DNA from: Octopus vulgaris
Taxonomy: Eukaryota
DNA: 64,000 bases
Direction of reading: 5' to 3'
Assembly (NCBI GenBank): GCA_951406725.2
Contig: OX597814.1
Location: forward strand, 129,208,001 to 129,272,000
Shown here: in pieces, positions 1 through 11,340 of the stretch
How positions within the stretch are numbered: the first letter of the stretch is position 1
Layout of the letters: every line of letters starts with the position of its first letter
Program-made: the position numbers and the translations under genes
The notes under the pieces: model-generated
Databases searched by the model: none
Told to the model about the DNA's origin: nothing
Seen by the model: only the letters and a program-made list of their open reading frames with translations

Positions 1-255
1 TGTTTTAACTTTCTTAGTCCTTGTGGAAGGAAACATTGAAACATTGAATTGTGTAGCCCTAGATATACTATGTCTGAATAAAAGATACACTGATCATAGC
101 TAGCTAGAACACTTGAACATGTCTGCTTGCTCAGGGCTGATATGGGGCTAAACAATAACATCAATATTCTGTGGTTTACTTTTTCAAAAATACTCACTAG
201 TATGCTTGTACAATCTCACTGGTTCTGTTAATGCTATCATCATCATCATCATTAT

Positions 256-481
256 TGAGCTGGCAGAAACATTAGCGCGCCAGGCGAAATGCTTAACGGT
301 ATTTCGTCTGTCGTTACGTTCTAAGTTCAAATTCCGCCAAGGTCAACTTTGCCTTTCATGCTTTCGGGGTCGATAAATAAAGGTACCAGTTTCGCACTGG
401 CGTTGATGTCATCGACTTAATCCCTTTGTCTGTCCTTGTTTGACCCCTCTATATTTAGCCCCTTGTGGGCAGTAAAGAAAT
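256..481 (+). mobile_element. SINE-B (tRNA-like head, gtcgactttgcctttcatcctttcggggtcgataaa core), tail type 1
   Basis: gagctggcagaa..gttagc A-box, gttcaaattcc B-box, tail ccctctat.tttagccccttgtgggcagtaaagaaata. Confidence 0.88.
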
Positions 482-490
482 ATATTTTAA

Positions 491-673
491 CCCTTTCGTT
501 ACCATCCCGGCTGAAACCGGCTCTGGCTCTGAGTACAAATGTCTTGTTTTTGTAAGTTTTGAATTAAAATCTTCCACCAAACCTTAGTCGCAAATTATGT
601 TCCTAACACTAGCTAAATGATAACCAAGTTATTTTACTAAATTCTTTGTAAAATAAATACGGTAACGAAAGGG
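491..673 (+). mobile_element. piggyBac-like MITE P1 (internally deleted copy)
   Basis: TTAA|CCCTTTCGTTACC...GGTAACGAAAGGG|TTCA: 13-bp TIR. Confidence 0.85.
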
Positions 674-1177
674 TTCATGTCCACTTTTCCATGCCAGCAT
701 GGCATGCTGATGGCACCACATCACCATGCCAGCACCATATAAAAAGCACCGATGCCAGTACTATGTGATAAGCACCCAGCAGACTCTCTAAGATGGTTGG
801 CATAAGGAAGGACATTCAGACGAAGAAACCAAGCTGAATCAAACTGGAACCTGATGCAGCTTGCCAGATTTTATCAAACCATCCAAAGGATGCCAGCATG
901 GAAAAAAGAAAACATGTTAAATGGTGATGATGCTGAGGACTTTTCTATGCCTGCCTGAGTCAGAATAATTCATTGAGGATGCAGATCTTTCTTTGGCTGG
1001 ATGCCAGTCCTCACTGGTTTCCAATTGGTCATATTTCCCCATGGCCAAGCATGTTTTCATGGAAAATTGGAAAAGGACACACATTGTATGATAGTGATGC
1101 TCATTGACAACTGTTGCATGATGTCAAGACAATGAGACAAGCTTACACATGCATGCATATACACACACACACACACA

Positions 1178-1558
1178 GTGGAGACACAATGGCCCAATGG
1201 TTAGGGCAGCAGACTTGTGGTCATAGGATCGCGGTTTTGATTCCCAAACTAGGCGTTGTGAGTGTTTATTGAGCGAAAACACTTCAAGTTCCACGAGACT
1301 CTGGCAAGGGATGATGGTGAACCCTACTGTACTCTTTCACCACAACTTTCTCTCACTCTTTCTTCCTGTTTCTGTTGTACCTGTATGTCAAAGGGCCAGC
1401 CTTGTCACACTCTGTGTCATGCTGAATCTCCCTGAGTACTACGTTAAGGGTACACGTGTCTGTGGAGTGCTCAGCCACTTGCATGTTAATTTCACGAGCG
1501 GGCTGTTCTGTTGATCGGATCAACTGGAACCCTTGTCGTCGTAACTGACAGAGTGCCA
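1178..1558 (+). mobile_element. SINE-C (tRNA-derived head), tail X
   Basis: tggcccaatggttagggcagc A-box, ggttttgattccc B-box; colinear with 47051-47431. Confidence 0.88.
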
Positions 1559-1693
1559 TTAGTTTAATACACACACGTACACACACACACAGGGTGGCAC
1601 ATGAAAAAGTAGCCTAGACTACATATCATAGTGAAAATACAGAAATAAATTTACACACATAATGACCCTTGCAATTTATTTCTATATTTACAC

Positions 1694-1990
1694 TAGGCGT
1701 AGGAGTGGCTGTGTGGTAAGTAGCTTGCTTACGAACCACATGGTTCTGGTTTCAGTCCCATTGCGTGGCACCTTGGGCAAATGTCTTCTACTATAGCCTC
1801 AGGCCAACCAAAGCCTTGTGAGTCGGATTTGGTAGACAGAAACTGAAAGAAGCCTGTCATATATATATATATATATATATCCACGTGACCGACCAGACCA
1901 TCAGATGTTGTTACACATCGCTGGTCACAATGCGTTCGCATTGTTTTAGCCTTCGAATGACGCCACCCAGCTGGCTAAGCGAGCAGGCCA

Positions 1991-2040
<50 letters not shown>

Positions 2041-2248
2041 ATGTGTTTGTGTGTCTGTCTTTGTCCCCCTCAACATTCGCTTGTCAAGCGATACTGGTGT
2101 TTACATCCCTGTAACTTAGTGGTTTGGCAAAAAGGCAGATAGAATAAGTACTAGGATTCCAAAGAATAAGTCCTGCGGTCGATTTGCTCGACTAAAGGCG
2201 GTGCTCCAGCATGGCCACAGTCAAATGACTGAAACAAGTAAAAGAGTA
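1694..2248 (+). mobile_element. SINE-A (tRNA head, CORE-like segment, internal microsatellite), with nested fragment at 1881-1991
   Basis: A-box tggctgtgtggtaag, B-box-like ggtttcagtccc, CORE-like accttgggcaa.tgtctt, tail cagcatggccacagtcaaatgactgaaacaagtaaaagag. Many copies in the window. Confidence 0.9.
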
Positions 2249-4406
2249 TGCCACAGAACCCAGGTTACTTTTTTGTGCATCACACATACACATATGTTTG
2301 ATGGGCTTCTTTTAGGTTCTTTCTACCAAACCCACTCGCAAAGGTTTGGTTGGTTTAGGGTTATGGCAGATGTCATTTTCCCAATGTGCCATACAATGGG
2401 ACTGAACCCAAAACCACATGGTTGGGACATGTCTACTCCTTCGAATTGTTTTATCATAAATCATTTTTCCGATAACTCGATAACTTCCTTTTAAAAAAAA
2501 TTCTGACCATTAATTAGACTTGTTTTCTACTGAGAAATTCAAAGAGCAGGCCTGGCATGAAGACTCAGTGTAAGCCTTTAAATCTTAAATCCCTGTTTAC
2601 TTAGCTTTTTATAGCTTTAACTAATTATTTCACAGATCTTGTTTACTTAAATAGTCAGATTTTACACTGTACAACTGCATCTTACCTCAGCATGTCTAAA
2701 AAGAAGCCTTTTACTTGTTATATAAGCCTCTGCTCATTAATAGTTTATACATATATACGACGGGCTTCTTTCAGTTTCTGTCTACCAAATCCACTCACAA
2801 GGCTTTGGTCGGCCCGAGGCTACTGTAGAAGAAACTTGCCCAAGGTGCCATGCAGTGGGACTGAACCTGGGACCATGTGGTTGGTAAGCAAGCTACTTAC
2901 CACACAGCCACTCCTATGCCTTGTCAAATGATATCTATTAGTTCTCCTTCATTAGTTATTTTAACTGGATTTTGACCTCATGTGGGGAATAAAATAAAAA
3001 GTGAAAACTATCAGCTATCTTGACTTCGTTAAGCTACAAAATTTTCTAGCTAAAGTGGTCACTTTATATGCTAGAAATAGCTGCCAAATCTCTCTCTCAA
3101 ATCATTTGAACAGTCATAAATCAAGAAGAGTACAATGGATAGTGCATTTCTTGATATAAAAAAGAGAAAAAGACTGGTTGGTCACAGTTGGCATACTTTT
3201 GATCACAGGTCTTCTCGATCAGAGTTAACCTTGGGTTATACAAATACAAAACCTTTCTTTTCCCTTAGCTTCCCCTTAGGACTTAAGGTTCTTTGGAAAT
3301 GCATGAAATCATCTCTTCTTGTATGTAGCTTTTACTCCCCAACACTAGGTATTCTAAAAGTACTGAAGTACAAGTCTATTTTTAAAACTTTTCCTCCTCC
3401 GCCCCCACACTCGAATATATAATTATTATTTTATCACTATTTCTGCACATATTTCATATTTGGACAGTTTCATGTCGAACAGAGTGCATTGCTTTTTCCT
3501 TCTTTTCCTTGTGAGAGGTGGATGATGGAGAGAAGGCATCTTTCCTTATCATCCCATTTCATAGTATTTCTTAAGCTTATTTTTATCTTTATCAATTGTC
3601 TTATCTGACAAAATATCAGATTTGTTCGCCAGTTATCTTATATTTTTCTCTCATTCAAATGACTTTTTTTTTATTTTGGTTTGTCTGCCTATCTATCCTC
3701 TCCATTTCACGTCTTGCTCTCTATTTCTTTCTCACACACATAAAAATGAAAAAAACACACACATACACAGATATGTATACACTAATATGTGTACATGTGT
3801 GGGGTTACATGTTTTTATATGTTTTTTACTTTCACTTTTGCTAAATCCACATACGTGATGAATATTAAAATGCTTAAGGCAATATTAAGCATTATTACTT
3901 AGGTATAGTGTTGTGTGCATATGTATGCATGTAAATATGAATGGGAGAGAGAGAGAAAAAGAGACTAAGAATTTAAGTGTATGTGTATTTGTAGTAAAAT
4001 GGAATGAAGACTATTATTGGAGCTACCTGAAATGGCAAGATGCCATCCATGGAGATAAAGACTTTCTTGTTCATTTTCTGTTAATATTTATTTAGCTATG
4101 GTTGAAGAAATCTAGGACACTTTAATGATGACTTATTTAGGACAGTTTTGGGTTGCCAATCAGCTTGTTGTGAGTTCAATATTGGCCTAAGGAAAACACT
4201 TTCTAGTTTGTAATTTTATTTAGCAGTTTAATATGGTTGTGTAGTTAAGAAGGTAGTTTTTCAACTACATTGTTTTGGTTTCAGTCCCACTCTGCAGCCC
4301 TTTGGACAAGTGTCTTCTATCAATGCCTTCTGGGTGTATTTGGTAGAGGGAAACTGTGTGGAAGCCTATCTTGATGCAGTCTTCTGACCCATCGTATCTT
4401 GTCATG

Positions 4407-4637
4407 AAGGCGGCGAGCTGGCAGAATCGTTAGCACGCTGGGCGAAATGCTTAGCGGTATTTCATCTGCTGTTACGTTCTGAGTTCAAATTCCACCGAGG
4501 TCGACTTTGCCTTTCATCCTTTTGGGGATGATTAAATAAATACCAGTTACGTACTGGGGTTGATGTAATCGACTTAATCCCTTTGTCTGTCCTTGTTTGT
4601 CCCCTTTATGTTTAGCCCCCTGTGGGCAAAAAAAAAA
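4407..4637 (+). mobile_element. SINE-B full length
   Basis: TSD-like tatcttgtca at 4395-4404 and 4652-4661. Confidence 0.9.
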
Positions 4638-4894
4638 TTATTTTAAATAAATATCTTGTCAAATCATCCATGCTCCATGCAAACTTGTCAAGCCTTCCCC
4701 ACCCTCTCATTTCTTAGTACCCATCCCTCCATCACTCTTCTAACTATTACACTATTCAGCTGCTGTAACTGAGAGTAAAACTACATATTTCACCCTCTTC
4801 TGAGCTACTAGTTATTCCTTTCCTTAGAATTAATTAATCTTGGCATCCATCTCTTGTTCACAGTATCATCCTTTCCACTTTATTTTCCACCAAT

Positions 4895-4942
4895 TACCCT
4901 TTCCGTGCAATACCCTTTCCGTGCAATACCCTTTCCGTGCAA
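4895..4942. repeat. Perfect 16-bp tandem repeat x3
   Basis: (taccctttccgtgcaa)3. Confidence 0.95.
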
Positions 4943-5523
4943 ACAATTATCTCTCTCTTTGCCTTGAACTACATCTTAGTACTGTCATGTCTCATTCTTA
5001 ATACCCTCTCATACCTGCCATAACTGCTTCCTCACCTTTGTTAGCCTCCCACTATATCTATCCCTACGTACCTCTGACCTCCATCTTTGTCACTGCACAC
5101 TTCTCCCCCTTTCTCTCACTCCCCACTCTTCTTTTATTGCATCTCTGTCTCATGTGTCATCTTATTTCTCATCTATCTCCAGTTTTATTATTCTGCTACC
5201 TTCTACCCTTTCTAAACTGCCCTTTTATCACTATCTCCTTCTTAAGCCACTTCCATTCTTTTATCACCTTCTTCTCCAAGCTCATATTCACTTTTGGCCA
5301 TACCTCCATCCTTATTCACCATTCACTACATTCACCCCTAACTCCATCTCTAACCATCATTAACTCTTCTCTCACATTCTTGAAAACTTATTTTCTCTGC
5401 TTTCATAATCCTCCATCCCGCTTCTGTCTTCTACTCATCTTCTTGTACTTTTAGGAAAAACCCTGACACCTTGTTCCTGCCACTTTTATCTCTATTTCTA
5501 GTTACTCCCACCCACCCTTATAG

Positions 5524-5893
5524 TGTCCCCAAAGCCCATCCCCTCCTCCATGGTGGGGACGCTGGCAACAGGTAGTATCAGAGCTATGCCGTCGGGAACT
5601 TTGGTTCCTGGTAGCGCCACCCAAGGTGGATTGGTCTGACAGTGAGTGGTATTAGGGCCACAACCCGGCAGACGGGGCTCTGGTGAAAATCCTCGGAGTG
5701 TCTATTTCGGCAACCGGCAGCTCCTCGGTCATTCTGTCCCTGTGTCTGCGGACAATCTGTGGCAAACAGGATGTCTCTATATGCAGGATTGTTGGGGACC
5801 GCTTGTGAAATCCACATATTCCCACGAAACTTCTTCCATGGTAGAAGAAGCCGACTCAACCCACCCAGGGTGAATGTCACCACAAGTACAAGT
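5524..5893 (+). mobile_element. Short bipartite RTE-derived retroposon (5'UTR + 3' end)
   Basis: GC-rich 370-bp island flanked by a perfect acccttatag direct repeat (5514-5523, 5894-5903). Contains an RTE-5'UTR-like gagctatgccgtcgggaac-tttg-gttcctggtag hairpin and ends in a (CAAGTA) repeat tail. Confidence 0.6.
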
Positions 5894-6209
5894 ACCCTTA
5901 TAGAATATGAGGTAGTCACATATCACCTTTATAGCAAGATACCTGTACCAGTCCCTCCATCATACTTAAGCCTCTTAACATCAGGCATAAAATCACATCC
6001 AACCTGTACTACACTCCCACTCAGTTGATGGATCTCTTTTTACCTTGTATGTTACGTGGCAACCTTATAAATGCTGGGGACATGTAAAAAGGTACCCGAT
6101 ACACTCTTTAAAGTGGGTGGCATTAGTAAGGGTTGCCAAAACATGAATGATAGGTGTTGAATAATGATGATGATGTCTGTGTATGTATGTGTGTGTGTGC
6201 ATAGTTTAA

Positions 6210-6431
6210 CCCTTGTATTACCGTATTTCTGTTGAGATGTTCTGTATTTCTTTCAATTACTTTAAATATAACAAAGAATTTTGTAAAAATAACTTCGTTA
6301 TCGTTCAGCTAGTGTTAGGAACATAAATTGTGACTAAGGTTTGGTGGGAGATTTTAATTCAAAACTTATGAAAACAAGACATATGTACTACAGAGCCAGA
6401 GCCGGTTTCAGCCGGGTTGGTAACGAAAGGG
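6210..6431 (-). mobile_element. piggyBac-like MITE P1
   Basis: TTAA on both sides, CCCTT...AAGGG ends, 222 bp. Confidence 0.9.
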
Positions 6432-6494
6432 TTAAAGATCCAGTAGAGGTAGAATCAATGTAAAAAGTACTTCATCCAGTGAGAGATAACTATC

Positions 6495-6834
6495 AATTTA
6501 AATACACAACCGAAAAAGCTACCAAGAGTTTCATGCTATTATGATACTTGAACAGGCATGTCTATAAAATACGCCATGTATCTCTTTCAGGTTGAAATAT
6601 TGCTTTGGCGTATTTTATAAATATGCCTGTTCAAGTATCATAAAAACATGAAACTATTAGTAGCTCTTCTGCCGAGGTTGACTTTGCCTTTCATCCTTTC
6701 CGGGTCGATAAATTAAGTACCAGTTGCGTACTGGGGTCGAGTTAATTGACTGGCCCCCTCCCACCAAATTTCAGGCCTTTTGCCTAGAGTAGAAAAAAAA
6801 ATCTATTTGTAGCTCTCAGTTGTGTATTTAAATT
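6495..6834. repeat. Foldback (~80-bp arms) interrupted by a SINE-B fragment
   Basis: 6495-6576 is inverted against 6606-6666 + 6808-6834. The insert 6668-6800 has TSD ctatt(a/t)gtagctct. Confidence 0.75.
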
Positions 6835-7112
6835 TATATATATACACACACACATATATGTGTGTGTGTATGTATATGTGTGAGTGTGTATGTTGTATGT
6901 GGTAGTGGTAGCAGCCATTCTTCTAATCAACTGAACTGTTTTCATTAGCTTTTCAAATTACTAAATTACTTATGCTATCTATCAGACATGACTCCTGACA
7001 GAAATGCCACTGATTTTTAATGATAGCGGATGATTTGGACTCAAAGCAACTAAGGTCATGACAAATAACACAAGGCATTCTGTCCATCACTCTTTTGGTT
7101 CTGTGAACTTGC

Positions 7113-7156
<44 letters not shown>

Positions 7157-7160
<4 letters not shown>

Positions 7161-7450
7161 TAATCCAAACATGAAAACACATAGAGAAAACACAACAACG
7201 CTAGGACGTGGAAAAAATATAGTATTATTGGACGCTCAGGAAGGAAGGGAAGAAGGAGGGTTTAACGTTTCGAGCGGAGCTCTTCGTCAGAAACATAGAA
7301 AAAGGAAAGATTCAGAAAAGGGAAAACAGAGGAAACAAAATCGCCAATGCCAACGTAAAACCCTCCTTCTTCCCTTCCTTCCTGAACGTCCAATAATACT
7401 ATATTTGTTCCACGTCCTCGCGTTGTTGTGTTTTCTCTTTGTGTTTTCAT
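7157..7450 (-). mobile_element. Penelope-like element fragment with inverted tail
   Basis: ~100-bp inverted repeat (7171-7270 vs 7352-7450), hammerhead motif, inserted in (TA)n. A second copy without the inversion lies at 44663-44870. Confidence 0.65.
7260..7294 (-). ncRNA. Minimal hammerhead ribozyme motif, intact core (Penelope-like element type)
   Basis: Minus strand reads GUUU CUGACGA A GAGC-UCC-GCUC GAAA CG U U AAAC: stem I GUUU/AAAC, CUGANGA box, 4-bp stem II, GAAA box, palindromic ACGU stem III, predicted GUU cleavage triplet. Confidence 0.75.
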
Positions 7451-7461
7451 ATATATCATCA

Positions 7462-7758
7462 TGGTATCACAGTATCAACCAGGCTATTGGATGTTATACA
7501 TCGCTGATCACAATGTGCTTCACCTTGTTTTAGCTTTTGAATGATGCCACCCTGTTGGCTAGGTGAGCGGGCCAACATTCACCTCTGATTTGCTGGTTAT
7601 TTCATCACAGGGTTACCCCATTTACAGCTGAGTGGACTGGAGCTACAAAACCTGAAATGTTTTGCTCAAAAGCACAATGTGCCATCCAGTCTGGGGATTG
7701 AACCCACTATCTAGTGATCATGAGTACAACACTCTAGCCATTAGACAATGTACCTTTA
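7462..7758 (-). mobile_element. Old SINE-D head/core with tail Y
   Basis: cagctgagtggactggagc core followed (on the minus strand) by tail Y. Confidence 0.7.
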
Positions 7759-7809
7759 CACACGCACATACACCTACATACACACACACATGTATATATA
7801 AACATTCGC

Positions 7810-7997
7810 CATGATAGATCACTAGCCACTAAACCTTTTTTATTTTCTCTCCCTTTTTATTTCTGTGTTCCTTTCTGTCAAAGAGCGTAGGCTCGAAATG
7901 TAAAAGACTTTCTCACTTCCTGAGCGTTAAACTTATACATCTGTTTGTTGTTTACACACCCGTCTTTGTTTTTTGTCTTTTTTGTAAATTCTCACTA
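7810..7997 (+). mobile_element. Penelope-like fragment, second family
   Basis: Homologous to 63142-63385. Hammerhead-like motif, flanked by TA/CA microsatellite. Confidence 0.55.
7871..7906 (+). ncRNA. Degenerate minimal hammerhead motif (second family)
   Basis: CUUU CUGUCAA A GAGC-GUAG-GCUC GAAA UG U A AAAG. Same architecture, stem I CUUU/AAAG, core mutated. Confidence 0.5.
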
Positions 7998-8254
7998 TAT
8001 ATAAACACACATACGTACACACATGCACACACACACACATGCACATATATCAATTCAATTTGGGTATGAACCTTGTAGTTTGCTTTATAAAGCTCATTCA
8101 CAGTTATTGACTACCAGGTATAGTTTTACAATGGAAACTGACTATAGTAATGAAGATACATCCAGAAATTTCATGAATAACCATAGAGTAAATTATATTG
8201 TGAAAACACACTTTATTGCTTAATGCTATAAGGTTTCATTTTCACTTTAACTGC

Positions 8255-9282
8255 AGATACTTACTGAAATATTACTATATAACAAATACATTAAATGTAT
8301 TATATTGCATCAGTATTATTTCAACAACTTTGGCATATGAAGACACCCCAGGTATGAATGCAAACTGTTTGCTAAATTAAACCATATTTCACAGAATATA
8401 TACCTCACTACACTCAAAAATAAAAACAAACACCACTAGATCATTAACCACAGGTACAATTTAACTGGTCATTAACAGGAATTTCCCCATAATCCTGAAA
8501 CCAACTGATATGTAATTGAACTTTTCAGGAATCTTTTGCATTTATTTCACCAAGTTTGGCGCATTTTTATTGTGATACTTAAGGTAGTTTAGAGCCATTT
8601 GGCATCTTCTTTCAGCATGTGGCTAGGCCAGTGTACTTACTTGCTTGCCCTGAATATGAATTTATGCCAGTAAGGTGACGCTAGTAACAACCACCATTTG
8701 AGCGTGATCATTACCAGCATCGCCTTACTGGCACTTGTGCTGGTGGCACGTGAACAAAATATTCAATCGAGATCATTGCCAGTGCCGCTGGACTGACTCC
8801 TGTTCAGATAGCACGTAAAAAACACCCTTTATGAGCATGGCCGTTGCCAGTACCGCCAGGCTGGCCCTCGTGCCAGTGGCACGTTAAAGCACCCACTACA
8901 CTCTCATAGTGGTTTTCCTTAGGAAGGGCATCAAGCTGTAGAAACTCTGCCAGATCAGATTGGAGCCTGGTGCAGCCATCTGGTTTGCCAGTCCTCAGTC
9001 AAATCGTCCAACCCATACTAGCATGGAAAGCGGATGTTAAACGATGATGATGATGAAATTTATTAATTTTTATCTTAAACTGTACTACTGGATAATGATC
9101 TAGTAGAATTCGTTTTATTTTTTTAAGTTGGTGAGATATATATTTTGTGGAATATGGTTTAATGTAGCAAATACTTTGTGTTCATACCGGGGGAGAGTTT
9201 TTATTTACCAGTGTTGCTGAAATAATACCAATGCAATGTAATAAGTTTAATGTATAACAATACAATAATATTTAGGCAATTT
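8255..9282. repeat. Diverged ~200-bp inverted repeat pair
   Basis: ~8255-8465 vs ~9075-9282, e.g. tttgctaaattaaaccatatt / aatatggtttaatgtagcaaa. Confidence 0.7.
8665..9056 (+). mobile_element. Element E ((GAT)n-tailed retroposon with internal ~65-bp repeats), 5'-truncated
   Basis: Ends gtccaacccatactagcatggaaagcggatgttaaac(gat)n. Its first ~24 bp are an inverted copy of 8710-8733. Confidence 0.85.
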
Positions 9283-9349
9283 GTTGGTAAAGTGAAGACA
9301 AAACAGTTTTAGTATTATGCAATAGAGTGGGTTTGCTCAATCCTATCTC

Positions 9350-9762
9350 TCCTCTCTTTACTTGTTTCAATCATTTGACTGTGGCCATGCTGGAGCACCA
9401 CCTTTAGTCAAGCAAATTGACCCCAAGACTTATTCTTTGTAAGCCTTGTACTTATTCTATTGGTCTCTTTTGCTGAACTGCTAAGTTATGGGGAAATTAA
9501 GCACACCACCATCGGTTGTCAAGCGATGTTGGGGGGACAAATACAAACACATAAATACACACATACACACATACATATACATATATATGTATATATTTAT
9601 ATACATATATACGATGGGCTTCTTTCAGTTTCCATCTACCAAATCTACTCACAAGGCTTTGGTCGGCCCAAGGCTATAGTAGAAGACACATGCAGTGGGA
9701 ATGAACCTGGAACCGTGTGGTTGGTAAGCAAGCTACTTATCACACAGCCACTCCTGCGCCTA
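9350..9762 (-). mobile_element. SINE-A near full length
   Basis: Reverse complement of the SINE-A consensus with a small internal deletion. Confidence 0.9.
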
Positions 9763-10071
9763 TAAAGAATTATCCAAAATTCTGACTGCCTCCTTTTTCT
9801 TAACATACAATATCTGTACATCACTTCAAAAACTCTATACATATATATAATACACACACACACACACATGCTTATTATAATTTTGGCTAATGTTACGAAA
9901 TGGGCATGATAGTTTTAACAGAATTAGTGGGTCACAAAACATGCTCGAGATATTGTTATATACCTGCTTGATGTCATTAGCCTATTGTTGATATCAAATA
10001 GGCTTCATTTGAAACTGATCAAAATAACCGCTTCTCCAATATATGAACATACAGGCATGTGTGTATGTATC

Positions 10072-10108
<37 letters not shown>

Positions 10109-10952
10109 ATATATGTATATATATATATAAGTTCATATGGAAAGGGAATAGTAAGAGGTAAGAGAATGAACAATGATAAAAAAAGATTAGAATTTCTGCT
10201 AGTAAGTTGTTTTGAATCTGTTAGTATTGCTTTACAATTTATAAAGAAAAAAAAAAATCAGGAATGAGTCATATGATAGTGAATAAGAACCAGTGTCCAA
10301 GAGGAAATACTTGTGAGATGTTATTGCTATTATAAGAATGTGAAGAATCAATAATTCTGAGGTTAGCTCTGGTGTTGCAGTTAAAGCAGCTGATGGCTTT
10401 CGCTGATGATATCGTTGGAATTATGTGTTGGATTTTGATAATGCAAACACTGATGTCACACTGCAGTGATTCTTTTTTTTTTTTTGGTTTTTCGTTATTT
10501 TTATAACTATTATTGTTATTATTGATGAGATAGTGTTTAGGAAGAAGAGGCAGAAGCAGAATAGACACAGAACAAGCATCATGTGCTAATTTTCAAGTTA
10601 TGATATATGGTGGTGGTTCTTCTTCTTCTTCTTCTTCTCCACCTCCTCCGCCGCCACTGCCTCCTCCTCCTCCTCTTCCTCCTTGGCTTTGTCTTTCAGG
10701 TTCAATAAAATAAGTACCAGTTGAGTGCTGGGGGTCGATGTAATTGATTTAACTACCCCCTGTAGCAGAAAAGGCTATTATTATTATAGAAGGCAGCAAG
10801 ATAGTAGAATCATTATTGGTATTTCGTCTGTCTCTATGATGTGAGTTCAAATCCTGATTTGAACTCAATGTAATCAACTAGCCTCCTCCCTCAAAATTTC
10901 AGGACTTGTGTCTATAATAGGCAGGATATTTTTATTATTATTAATGGAGGCC

Positions 10953-11340
10953 ATAGGTGCAGGAGTGGCTGTGTGGTAAGTAGCTTGCTTACTAACCACA
11001 TAGTTCCGGGTTCAGTCCCACTGCATGGCACCTTGGGCAAGTGTCTTCTACTATAGCCTCAGGCTGACCAAAGCCTTGTGAGTGGATTTGGTCGACGGAA
11101 ACTGAAAGAAGCCCGTCGTATATATGCATATATATGTGTCTGTGTATGTCCCCTGACCATCGCTTGACAACTGATGCTGGTGTGTTTACTTTCCTGTAAC
11201 TTAGCGATTCAGCAAAAGAGACCGATAGAATAAGTACTAGGCTTACAAAGAATAAGTCCTGGGGTCATTTTCCTCGACTAAAGGCGTTGCTCCATCATGG
11301 CCACAGTCAAATGACTGAAACAAGTAAAATAGTAAAGAGT
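10953..11340 (+). mobile_element. SINE-A full length
   Basis: Head taggtgcaggagtggctgtgtgg through tail gactgaaacaagtaaaa. Confidence 0.9.

Noticed and set aside
4690-5510. Pyrimidine-rich tract with hydrophobic ORFs (also 31130-31775)
   Set aside because: Low-complexity C/T skew explains the L/S/F/H-rich stop-poor frames; not credible membrane proteins.
5573-5584. LTR primer-binding site (tagtatcagagc, close to tggtatcagagc)
   Set aside because: No LTR pair, TG...CA ends or gag/pol. A 10-bp TSD and tandem tail fit a non-LTR element better.
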